Assembly (NCBI GenBank): GCA_013265495.1
Contig: MU058636.1
Span: 310,001-374,000, forward strand
DNA length: 64,000 nt
Source: Vicugna vicugna
Lineage: Eukaryota
Reading direction: 5' to 3'
Positions 1 to 11,665 of this stretch are shown here, piece after piece. Under the pieces are notes generated by a model. The model had not been told where the DNA came from. It worked only from the letters and a program-made list of their open reading frames with translations, and ran no database searches. The translations under genes were made by a program, and so were the position numbers. Within the stretch, counting starts at the first letter, position 1; every line of letters starts with the position of its first letter.

Positions 1-138
1 AAGGCCTCTTATTCTGTGCACTTGAAGCAGGCATGCTTGGAAGTTTTCCTTGGTAGATGCGGAGACCAAACAAAATGATCACGTCATGGCGTTTACCCTC
101 GCGTCTGTTTCTTATCCTTGTAACTAAGAGTGAACCTA

Positions 139-622
139 CAGCTCTCCCTCGGCTTACAGCGGGCTATGTCCTGGTAGCCCATCGTACATTGAAAATGTCC
201 TAATTCAAAAATGCGTTTAATACACCCAGCCTGCCGAGCATCCTGGCATAGCCCAGCCTCCCTGGGATGTGCTCAGAACACTTACCTTAGCCTACGCTGG
301 GCAAGAGCATCTAACCCAGGGCCTGTTTTATACTGAAGTGTTGAATGTCTCACGGACTTTATTGAGAACTGTACTGAAAGTGGAGAACAGAATGGTTGCC
401 TGGGTCTAGGATGGGGGTCAGGGTGTTGGTTATTCACCCTTGTGATGGGGGCTTCCTGGGAGCTGCGGCATCACAGAAGAGGATTGTGCCCTGTGTTGCC
501 AGCCCAGGAAAAAGCCAAAATTCAAAATTTGAAGTATGGTTTCTTTTGAACACGTATCACTTTGCACCATCGAAAAGTGGAAAAACCATCAAGTTGAAAC
601 ACTATAAGGCAGGGACCATCTG
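139..622 (+). mobile_element. Tigger5/MER47-like TcMar DNA transposon fossil
   Basis: TA|cag...ggcttac... start and ...gggaccatctg|TA end (TA TSDs). The internal text 'gtgctcagaacacttac..tagcctac' and 'actgtactgaaagtg..aacagaatggttg' resembles the recalled MER47 consensus. Confidence 0.75.
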
Positions 623-707
623 TATTTTGTTTATGGGAAGGTTAAAGCTTTTCTGCCTCAAGGTTTGAAATAACATACAATATTTCAAATCTTTAAAACT
701 TTAATAC

Positions 708-850
708 GGGGGGAGGGTATAGCTCAGTGGTAGAGTGTGTGCCTAGCATGCATGAGGTCCCAGGTTCAATCCCCGGTACCTCCACCAAAAGTAATAAATA
801 AATAGATAAACCTAATTACCTCCCCCACAAAAAAATTAAAATAAAAAAAT
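708..850 (+). mobile_element. Vic-1-like camelid tRNA-derived SINE
   Basis: ggggagggtaTAGCTCAGTGGtagag (A box)...GGTTCAATCC (B box), followed by aataaataaa...cctaattacctcccc and an A-rich tail. Confidence 0.85.
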
Positions 851-979
851 TTTTAAAAGCTTAATATAATTGTATAGGGTTTTTAGGTGTGGTTCTTCTG
901 GAAGACAGATTCTTACTAGGTTCGACTTATTTTAAAGAAACTTTTGAGCTGAGGAAATGTTTTCTGTTTTCTCTTACAG

Positions 980-1055
980 CCGGATGCCTCCTCCCCCCAG
1001 TGACTCCTGTGACTTTGACGACCCCCGGCTCTTGAGGAACATCGAAGACCATCAC
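980..1055 (+). CDS. ATP8A2: ATP8A2 coding exon (~exon 16), 76 nt
   Basis: ttacag|C CGG ATG...CAT CAC|gtaag; translates [25 protein letters not shown]; starts phase 2, ends phase 0. Confidence 0.93.
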
Positions 1056-1738
1056 GTAAGGCCGCCACTTGCGTCTAGGACACTAAATAGCTTGTGATGC
1101 ACTTTTGTGTGTACGTGTAGTGTCTTGAAAGTTGCGATTTTGGAGCCTGGGGAAGAGACACAGCCTCACTTCTATGTTGCTAGGACTTCAGGGAAGCGGT
1201 CCACTTAGGCAGAACACTTGGCCTCACTGAACTTAAAGCTGAATTAAATATGTGGTGAATATAAAGCAGTGCGTCAAGATCCAGATGAGTCTTTCCGCAG
1301 AATTCTCCCACATTTCGGGCTTCTGTTGCTCTGCGAGCTTCTGCAGGGCTGTTTCTTCAGTCACGGGCCTGAGAGGGCATCTGTTTCGCAGTGTCCTTTG
1401 GCTTGGACGGCTTAGGAAACCAAAGTGAGAGATGATACCACGTAGCATTTATAGCGCCTGCCATGTCCTAGATGTTTGACGTGTATTTCCTTTAGCACCT
1501 GAGTCACCCCAGAGAGGTGACAGGAAGTTGCATAGAAAGACTGACTTGGCGAGCAGCAGGTGATGGGGAGGGGGTGAGTGGGTGTGCACCGCGGGGCACC
1601 CGGAGTCCACGCTGCGGACCTCGACCTCTGATCCACGGGAGCAGGAAGGCATCACAGGATTTTAAGTGGGAGGGGACTTGCCTCTAACTCTGCTGTGTGT
1701 CCGTGGTGTCCTAACCGATAACTCATCTCCCGTTGCAG

Positions 1739-1844
1739 CCCACCGCCCCTTGCATCCAGGAGTTCCTCACCCTTCTGGCCGTGTGCCACACCGTGGTTCC
1801 GGAGAAGGACGGAGACAGCATCGTCTACCAGGCCTCGTCCCCAG
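1739..1844 (+). CDS. ATP8A2: ATP8A2 coding exon (~exon 17), 106 nt
   Basis: ttgcag|CCC...CCA G|gtgag; [35 protein letters not shown], containing the P4-ATPase CHTV and YQASSP motifs. Confidence 0.96.
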
Positions 1845-2074
1845 GTGAGATGGGGAGACCTGGGTGCGTGCGGCGACGAGACCGCTCTTCACAGTCCCCA
1901 CCAGGTGCCTCTGGCCGTCTGCTGGCGGCAGGATTGTCCCTTCCGGTGGACGAGTCTCAGGTCTGGGCTTCCCCTCTGGGGCTGGTGTGGGTCTTGTTAA
2001 TGTGAAAAATAACACTTGCTGAACGGAAGCTTGTCCCTCCCGGAGGCCAGTCCTCATCAGCTCTGTGTTGACAG

Positions 2075-2157
2075 ATGAGGCCGCTTTGGTGAAAGGAGCT
2101 AGGAAGCTGGGCTTTGTCTTCACGGCCAGGACGCCCTACTCCGTCATCATAGAAGCG
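2075..2157 (+). CDS. ATP8A2: ATP8A2 coding exon (~exon 18), 83 nt
   Basis: tgacag|AT GAG...GAA GCG|gtaag; (D)[27 protein letters not shown]; phase matches the previous exon. Confidence 0.96.
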
Positions 2158-3340
2158 GTAAGCGGTTCTGCCGGCCTTCACCTTTCCCTCCTGAAGGTGC
2201 TGCCCTCCGGCTTCCGTTCGCTGATGGGGATGATGTGCGTGAGGAACTTAGTGCCCTGTTGCTCTGTCCTGTGATGGCTGGGATGACTCCATGGCCTCTG
2301 TCCTTGGTCGGGGGTCTGGGTCTGTCTTCATGAAGCCCCCAGTCGCTGGCTCCCGTCTCCTCAGCGGGGAGAGGAGGGAGTTGGCAATTAAGATCTTTTT
2401 TTTAAATCTATATGTTTCATCCCCACCTGAAATCAAGTTTATTTTACTATTATTTTTCTGAGTTTCCCTCTCAAGGAGCCAGAGGGGGAAACTGGGTTGT
2501 AAGAAAAGCTTTGCATCAGGAAGAAGGTCAGATAGGGACCCTTGGGATGGCTGGCTGGGTGGGGTGGGTGTTGTGGATGGAGCGGTTAGAGGGACCCGAT
2601 TACTGCCATCTGGGCAGATGCGGGCAAGTGCTCCACCCTCGACCTGGGGAGGGAGGACCCATGGATTTTTACAGTGTTTGGCTTTCTGCGTCCTTAATCC
2701 CCAGATTGCTTGAATGCGTCTGAAGTTCACGTGCATCTGGCATGACCGCTCGGTGTCGGTCCCGCCTCGGCAGCAGCCCATCTCACTGGCGTGCATAGCC
2801 TGTAGAATATCGTGCTGCGTGCAAAGTGCCCGTTGCGTGGCATCATCAGTTTCTTTTTTCGTGGAGTACAGAGATCAGACCATGTTTATTTTTACTTTAT
2901 TTCAGTCAACACAGGGAACTTAGCTTAGGGAAGTGTACAGTCCCCAAAAGTTGGGACGATGTATGGACCGAACAGAGAATTTCCTTCTTGGAAGCTTCTA
3001 ACAGCTGAGGGCTTCCTGCCCTTCAGTTTGGAGACGTTAAGCTTCACTGCAGGATTTCAGGGGCGTGGATGCTGCTCTGTTCCTCTGCATTGCAGCCGCG
3101 GGGACCGAGAGGGGTGTGGTAGTGAGAAAGACCCCCTGAGTAGCTAACATTTATAAATAACAAGAACTTTAATACCGGGGAATCATCAAACCACAAATCC
3201 TGGAGTTTGCTGCCCGCGGTTTACAAGAAGTGGCCTCACTGATGGCCCTTCAGTCCACGGGGGCACAAGAGCCGTGGTGCAGGGTGGGTGGGCAACTGCG
3301 GCCAGAGCGCTAGTGCTGGGGTGGGGGGCCAGCGGTGAGG

Positions 3341-3480
3341 TTTTTATTTTTAAATTTTTATTTATTTATTTTGGGGGGCTAATGAGGTTTATTTATTTAT
3401 TTTAACAGAGGTACTGGGGATGGAACCCAGGACCTCATGCATGCTCAGCACACGCTCTACCCCCGACCTGTGCCCTCCCC
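3341..3480 (-). mobile_element. Vic-1-like SINE
   Basis: Reverse complement of the SINE at 708: T-rich tail, gaggtactggggatggaacccaggacctcatgcatgc...ccctcccc. Confidence 0.85.
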
Positions 3481-3670
3481 GCAGCAGCGAGCTTCTGAAG
3501 GGGGCCTGGCAAAGCTGGACGGCTGAGGAGGAAGGGAGCTGCGGCTGCAGAAGGCGGGGCACAGGGGCTGCTGAGGGCTGGGTGCAGTGGCGCATCAGCT
3601 GTATTTTCGGATGCAGAGAGAAAGGGCTGGGGCGTTGCAGAGGGGCGGGTGATGATTACCCCGTGCTGCC

Positions 3671-3672
<2 letters not shown>

Positions 3673-3711
<39 letters not shown>

Positions 3712-3717
3712 TGTGTG
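3673..3717. repeat. (GT)n microsatellite
   Basis: About 15 perfect GT units followed by a degenerate extension. Confidence 0.95.
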
Positions 3718-4600
3718 CACACACATGCCATGCCCTTGGCGATCTGCGTGTTGCTTCATTTATTCTCCCAAACCAGGGGACCAGTGCTGTCAGCGGCAGA
3801 AGCTGGGCTGTAAGTCCTGTCTGTGCAACACCGAAGCCCCGCTCTTTCCACGAGGATGTACTAGGGGAAAGAGCAGGTTCTATTAAAAAGTTTGGAAGTT
3901 GTACACACGTAATACGGAACTTCTGTAAAAAAAAAAGGAGGATATTGAAGTTCCAACTTTGAAGAACCTGAAGAAAGAAGACATTTGATTAATTGCCCTA
4001 AAATCTGGTGCGGATTTATAGTGCCTTATTTCCAAATCCCAAATCCCCAGAGTTTTGAATGCCAGAAGTTTTCTTTTTCCCTCCAGATTTGGGGCATGGA
4101 CATTTGGTAGCAGAACCTAAGCCGACCTGGGGCTGCTTCTGGTCTGTAGGAAGCTCACTTAGTGTGAATAGCTTTTGCCACAGACAATCCACGTGTTGTA
4201 TCACCCTCCCCAGCCCCGGGGATGTGATGGTGCTGGTGCACGCATATGGTTCTGTGAAACGTGCAGGGTTCTCAGTTTGGCAGCATCACTGGCGCTAGGT
4301 TTCAGATGGACCTTTTGAGGTTTAATTGTGTTTCTTGGATGGGAGTGTGGCTGCCACGCCTGCTGGAGAGAAATGAGACGTTTCCACCAGAAGGGGGAGC
4401 TATGACCCCACCAGACTGAATGGTGGGGAAACAGTACATGTTGAAAGGCGTCTGCAGGGGGTTGATGGAGAGAGAATTGGGTGGTGGGAGGAGAAGGGGG
4501 AGGGGGAGGGAGAGGTGTGTAGAGAGGTTATGATTGGGGAGACGGTTTTGAGATTTTGATACTTTGCAGTTGAGGTAAGAGCCTGTTTTTCTTCCTCTAG

Positions 4601-4650
4601 ATGGGACAGGAACAGACATTTGGAATCCTTAATGTCCTGGAATTTTCCAG
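4601..4650 (+). CDS. ATP8A2: ATP8A2 coding exon (~exon 19), 50 nt
   Basis: cttcctctag|ATG GGA...TCC AG|gtatgt; MGQEQTFGILNVLEFS(S). Confidence 0.95.
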
Positions 4651-6469
4651 GTATGTTTCTCTTTCATGCACTGAAAATACAGACATATATATATTTAATA
4701 ACTTCACCAGAGTGTTTTCGTGATTGCACGGTATGATTAAATACAGTGCTTAAGTATTAAATGCAGTAAATACATTCCCCACTAGCCCTCGTCTCTCTGG
4801 AGTTTGTGACTTTCATTGAAGAAAGTGAGGTAGGTCGTTTCCTTTGTGTTTTAAGATGAAATGTATGCTTCCATGTCCTCCTTTTCTTTAGATTTCCGGA
4901 GGTTGGTGTTCTTGTGTCTGCTGCTGCCGACACGCCTGCGTAGTTTGCAGTCTGTGATGAGGGCATTATTTCTGTGGGTCTTCCGGGTCCCGCGAGGTCC
5001 TGCCCCATCTGAGCACGAGACCTGGAAACAGACAAATGGGGACCAGTGAGATCAGCTCGCCCCGCTGGATGCTGGGTCCGAGGAGGGCAGCTCCTGTGCA
5101 TGTTCAGACTCATTGTCCCCCAGTGTGGCTCATTAATTCACCATCGGCGTAATCTGTTGGATCATCTGTTTTCCTAGATCATTCGTAAAAAACCCCATGT
5201 ATCTTCATGTTTTGTTTCTTTCCTCCTTCTTAACATCGACCTGTGACTATAGAGCGAGGTTCTGTGGTGTCTTGAAAGCATCTTTCCCTGTTAAAGTTAG
5301 GTTTTTATAACCTCTGTTAAATGATTCACAATTTTTTTGCTGATTTAGCAAGCTATAAGCTATTTGAAAAGATAAATTTTTTTGCCCTCTTGTAGGAAAA
5401 GCTTTCCAGCCCCATGTTACAGTTTTAGGATGACAGACTTGACCTTTGCTGGGTCAGGAGCCCTTGGGTTGGGTATTCAGTGGGAGAGGGAGGTGCCTGG
5501 TCTAGGGGACAGTGTCCCCGTGTGTGGAGGGGAGGGACACACTGGACGTCTCTCCAGACTTTATGTGCCCTATCCTTTGTTGTTCTGACATCTCTGTGCT
5601 GTTGTGCAGAGCCATCAACTGGGACCAGCAGTTACTGGAGGAGAAAAGGGAGTTAGCTGGAAACAGGCGGATGTGGATGAAGGCATGAGGATGTATTTTA
5701 AAAACTTCTGGGAGCCTAGGAGGGAGCAGAGAGCTCACTTGTGGTTGTAGATGTGGTTCTTTTTCTTTTTAGCTGCCCCGTCTTTTTCCAGATGCCACTT
5801 AAGCCTGTCAGCACTCCTTTGAAGTAGTTGGTGGCCACCTGCTTTACTCGTTCAGAAACTGAAATGCCGGGTGAACAACCTTGCTGAGAGCGCCTGGCTG
5901 CTAGGGAGCTGACTGGGAGCGAGAACTCAGATGCAGGTCAGACAGGGGGCCAGGGGTTAGGATGCAGGAATTCACACAGAGCCAGAGAGGGGATGTCCCT
6001 TGCTCTTAGGAGGTTGTGGTCCATTGGAAATCACCTTGTAGAAAGGTCCAAGAGGTGGGCGGTCTGGGGCCACGGTGGCGGGGCCGTGGGTCAGGAGGAC
6101 GAGATGCTGTCTGCGGAGGGGTGGAGCAGAAGGTATGGGCAGGGGTGCTGAGTCCTTTGGTGGGAGACGGCTCCTGGGAGCTGAGAAGAGGCTGCAGAGG
6201 TGGGTGGAGAAGGAGTGAGGGAGTGAGGGGTCCTCATGGAAGGTGTGGAGGAGGCTTGTGTGCTGCAGGCTGGGGAGCGACCACGTGACCTCGGGGCTAA
6301 GGCAGGAGTGTTCGCGGAATTTGTCCTTTCTTTCTACTCTAGTCAAAAGAAGCTGCACCGAGGAGCCTTTGAGTGAAGTGGGTTTATGCTGACTCTTCTG
6401 CTCTGCTTACTGGGCAGGTTACTGAGTATTTCTGAGCTGTGAAATAAAGAAAAGGACTTCAGCAGAGCA

Positions 6470-6815
6470 TTGTCAGAAGTCAACGGAGACAGACACCATA
6501 TGACCTCACTTATATGGGAAATTAAAAAAATGACACAAATGAGCTTATTTATAAAACAGAAAGAGACTCACAGACATAGAAAACCAACTTCTGGTTACCA
6601 AAGGGGAAAGAGAGGAGGGATAAATTGGGAGTTTGGGATGAGCAGATACACATGACGATATGTAAAATACAGAAACAGCAAGGACCTCCTGCACAGCACA
6701 GAGAACTACATCCGATGCCTTGTACAGAATGTATGTGTGTGTGTGTAACTGAACCACTGTGCTGTGCACCAAAACTAACCCAACACTGTAAATCAGCTAA
6801 ACTTCAGTGAAAAAC
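6470..6815 (+). mobile_element. L1 3' end fragment (sense)
   Basis: acagacatagaaaacc..ggttaccaaaggggaaag..ggataaattgggagtttggga..gcacagagaacta..: typical Laurasiatherian L1 3'UTR text. Confidence 0.85.
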
Positions 6816-7118
6816 AAGTGAATTAGATGCACGAGGAGGTGCTCACGTCCTCCGTCTCTGCCTGTCCTGCCGTGAAGAGCTGTGCTGCTGAGTTTCCAGG
6901 GCAGGGACAGGAGCAGGCTTGCGCCCCTGGCATGTAAGGAGGAGAGCAGGAGACGGCACACTGGAGTCTGGCTTGGAGGAGGAAGGGAGAGGGAATGGAG
7001 CCTGGCCGTTTCGGCGGCGGCCAGACCGCCTTTGGGTTGTTGGGTGTGTGTCACAGGACGTGGTCCTAGAGAACAGACCAGTGACAATTCTCTTTCCTTT
7101 TTGTTTTCACTCTTGCAG

Positions 7119-7188
7119 CGACAGAAAGAGAATGTCTGTGATTGTGCGAACCCCTTCGGGACAGCTGCGGCTCTACTGTAAGGGGGCT
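7119..7188 (+). CDS. ATP8A2: ATP8A2 coding exon (~exon 20), 70 nt
   Basis: ttgcag|C GAC...GGG GCT|gtaagt; [23 protein letters not shown], containing the N-domain KRMS and KGA motifs. Confidence 0.96.
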
Positions 7189-8683
7189 GTAAGTATTGAG
7201 GCCCCCAGGCTTCCCTCACGGCCGTGCCCACATCCCTGGTGGCTGCCCAGGGTCGGAAGGCTCTTCCCGTCGGCCTGAAGCTGACTTAGGGGTACTAGCC
7301 CACCTGAGATCCTGGGGCTTCAGCGGAGGGCTCGCTGTGCAGCAGTGGTGGGGTGGGAACCAGTAGCTGGCTGTGTCGTGCAGAAGCCTTGGGGTGTGAC
7401 TTCTGATCCCCATTTTACCAGCGTTGTGTTGTGACGTCAGCAGATGCGGTCACTGGTACTGACCGATGGCCTTCTAAGTGCTCTGACACGTACACTTCTG
7501 TCAGCTCTCCTCAGCACCTGTCGTGTGGGCTTTGTTCACTACAGAGGCTGTGTGGCAGGCGTGAGGTAGTGTCCACCTGTGGCCAGCTTTTTGTCCTGTC
7601 TGCCTCCTGGTAATCGAACCTGAATGTCCTACGTCTCTAAGGAAAGCTGACACTGTTTATGGATCTGACCTGCAAAACTGTGTTCTCTTAAACTGTGGTC
7701 TTATGTGTTGAGGGAAAGAGTTACTAACCTCATTTTACGAGACTGTCTGGGCTGTGAAGCTGCACCAGGGTCAGTGACTTGTTGGAAATCTTCCCAATCT
7801 TTCCCAACGAGGGGAAGAATTATCTGCGTACATTGTGACCAGAGCTTTTAAAATGTGAGTAATACGTGTGACTTCTAAAAGCATCATATCTGGACCCATC
7901 AAGGCCGCCTAGATTATGTCCCCCCATGACCCCCGCCTTAACTTTTGGTTTGCTTGTTTGCCGTTCTGCTCTCAGGACCGCTGCACGTCCGGAAGGGGCC
8001 CGCGCCTGGCTCAGCGGCGGGGGCGGTCGCAGGCCCGGGGGCGGGAAGCCCTGCAGTGGTGCTTTTTGTTTTTTGTAGGATCGAGTTCTCCTCTAACCTG
8101 CCTCTGCCAAACTGGGCATCTTAGAAGTATTTTGGGGGGCCTCCAGTGGTGCAGTTTGTAACATACCTGCTGCATGACCTGTAGTCTCCAGCTCCCCGCC
8201 CTGCCTGTCGGTCATGGACGTGGTCCCAGGGTGACGGGCTGTCCATGCAGCGTGTTCTCAGCTGAGCCGGGTTGAGAGCCCCGTGGGCCATGCCCTCCCT
8301 GGTTGGGGCCCCCTGCAGAGGCAGGAAGGGGGGTGCACCTGAGGAGGGCAGGCTGAGCGTCTTCTGCGTCTCACTTCTGCAAAAGGCATCAGATGCTGGG
8401 AGGCACTCTGCAAATGTGGGTGAAGGTGGGCCCCATTGTCCCCCGATGAGTCTCCTGACACTGCGGTCCTCCCCAGCCCGCTCCTGTGTGGACGCAGGTC
8501 CACACCCTACTTGTTTTCCAAAGCTCAGGACTGAATCCAGCCCAGAACTGTTTGCACTCGCCCACACAGGTGTCCTCACGCCCTCGGCATAAACACCGCG
8601 GAAACAAAGCCGGGTTTGCAGTGCTGGCTAGCAGGTCAGCCGACCCCAGGGTGTGCCAGTCACGATGTTTCCTTCCTTTCTAG

Positions 8684-8845
<162 letters not shown>

Positions 8846-9787
8846 TGAAGGGACGGGTCATTTCTATGCAGCGCTTGGCTTGCTTCACAGGCGTGTCTTT
8901 TTCCGGTGCCCACCCCGATCCCCACCCTCTACATCCCGTGCCCGGGGCAGTGACAAGAGGTGTGGCCATAGGCCACGTTGTTACCTGTATGTGACCCCCC
9001 CAACTCTTAACCAGACATGCCAGTCCCGCTGGGGAGAACGGAGTCCTGCTCACACCCCTGGTTCCTCACCTTCAGCCCCCGGTGTGAATAGTGCACGTGT
9101 TAATGTCATGTCTGCTCTGGAGGCACAAGCCTGACGTTGCTGTGTATCCTGATGGGTACGTCCACACATGATCCCGGTGTCCAGCAGACCCATGTGATTG
9201 TGATGATTAAATGGACAACTCTGCCGGGGGAAAAACCCCACAGTATGCAGTAGGCAGCGAAGGCTGAGATTCCGACGCGGAGTCCTCTCCTAGTTATTAC
9301 TGCCTTGTTACCTCCTTGTCTCTCCTCATTCCTCTGACCCTGGCTTGCCCTGGGCTTAAGGGAAGACTAATTCATCGGCCCCACAGAGAACAGGAAGGGG
9401 TTCTCTGCAGTCTTTAAACAGCACTCCCGTCCGGCTCCCCGGCTTGTGAACGCGATCAGAGTTGGAGCCCTGCTTGAGTGCTGACTGCTGCTTCCGGGCC
9501 TGAGCGCCTGCGGCCCCGCGCGCGCACGCCTGCGCACGTGCACACACGGGCGTGGCTGCTTGGAAGCCTCGGGTTTTCCCACGATAGCACGCTGGGGTTT
9601 CATTGCTGTCTGGAAGCCGGCTCCTGCCGTCCTGACTGCTGGTGCCTGCCCCCTGCTCGCGCGCGTGCTTCGCGCTCGGCTCCTGGGCGTCTGCTGCGGG
9701 AATTCACCCTCCTGGCTTCTGTATTGTCAGCGTCTGTAGAAGAGGTGGTTTGTATTTAAATTCTCTTTTGAAATATGTGGAAGTTGA

Positions 9788-10135
<348 letters not shown>

Positions 10136-10475
10136 TGAACAGTCTTTGAAGGGGAATCATTCCTTTTGCTCTAGAGCGGTGGTCTCTTCTCTTGTAAGTA
10201 TCTTAACTAACCATTAGCTTTTAATCGTTTCTTCCTTCGCTTTAAGAAACACTTAGTTCTTGTGGGGTCTCTGAAGGGTCTAGCCACCCTCCGCCAAGCA
10301 CTAATGATGTCTTAAGAAGTAGCAGGTCAAAAACGGCACCAGCGACTTTCTGGGTTTGCCTAAGCTGAGGCTTCATGAGATTAGCTGACCATGCTGAGTT
10401 ACCCGAGCTGTCGGAATGCGGAGGCTGGGCGGACATTGGATACACTAAATATAATCACACTTACTGTTCTGGTAA

Positions 10476-10563
10476 TTTTTCTTTTTTTATGGAGGTACTG
10501 GGGATGGAACCCAGGACCTCGTGCCTGCTAAGCAGACGCTCTACCGCTGAGCTCTACCCTCCT
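10476..10563 (-). mobile_element. Vic-1-like SINE (short form)
   Basis: ggaggtactggggatggaacccaggacctc...ctctaccgctgagctctaccctcc. Confidence 0.85.
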
Positions 10564-11198
10564 CTCTAATTGCCTGTGTTGATTTTGTCACTTCAGTTCA
10601 TGCCAAGACATTTGGCAGCTTTTCACAAATTGATTCCCTTGAATGTGGGAGCTGGATCTCAGCCTTTTCTGTTTCATGTCAGCAAACATTGGTCCATCCG
10701 TTTTCCAATCTCCATAGCTCCAAAGTCATCACTTGTTTGTTTTTTTTAAATTCCTTTTTTAAAAGAGATTCCCGTTTGCTTTTTTATACTCAGTTTTTTT
10801 ATTGACTCGTTTGCCATTTCACTGTAATTTGGGTAGGGGTAGAACCGAGTTCAGGTGTTCATTTGCCCTGCTTCACTGGAAATATCCAAAATTACTATTA
10901 GAATCAGAACAAAGCATATAATAGGCTCAGTGCCCGGCAGCCCCGGGCGTGCAGAGCGCGTGCGCCCAGGAGGTGTTGGCTTTTCTGGTTACTGAGTCTG
11001 TTTCTCTCATGTGTTCACGATACCATTGTCCTCTGCTCATTAGTGGATGGGAGAGCGGCTCAGTCCTGTTGATGTTCCTGGGATAACTCACCCCGTGTGC
11101 TCTACTGCCAAATGGGTCCTATTCCAGAGCACCCGGGCACCCAGAACTAGATGCTGGCCTGTGTGTGGAGGCGGTCTAGCCTGGTGGATGGTTTTGAC

Positions 11199-11316
11199 TT
11201 TTTTTTTTTCTTTTATTGGGCAGAGGGTCATTAGGTTTATTTATTTATTTTTAACGGAGGGACTGGGGATGGAGCCCAGGACCTCGTTCCTGCTAAGGTC
11301 TGAGCTATGCTCTCCC
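11199..11316 (-). mobile_element. Vic-1-like SINE (internally deleted)
   Basis: T tail, attaggtttatttattt, gactggggatggagcccaggacctc, tgagctatgctctccc. Confidence 0.8.
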
Positions 11317-11509
11317 TTCTGCGGCTGGTTTGGAAATGCCACACGTGTGGCTATATCATCAGTTATCTGCAGACAAAGGTTCAATGGAGAGGAAATAAGA
11401 TCACTGTCTCAGAGCATTCTGACTGCCTTTCTTATGTCAAAAGCTTTGTCCTGTTAATGCCGATCTTCAGTGTCTACCCATCTTTAACTGAAAATATTTC
11501 CCAATCTAG

Positions 11510-11665
<156 letters not shown>

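Noticed and set aside
708..785. Apparent tRNA gene (A and B boxes), also at 23334 and other copies
   Set aside because: These are followed by a SINE body and A-rich tail, often with TSDs, and are diverged from one another: SINEs, not tRNA genes.
1693..1713. Possible REST/NRSE site (tgtccgtggtg)
   Set aside because: Only about 12 of 21 positions match, and the critical GCTGA end is missing. A second candidate near 23607-23626 has a non-canonical spacer.
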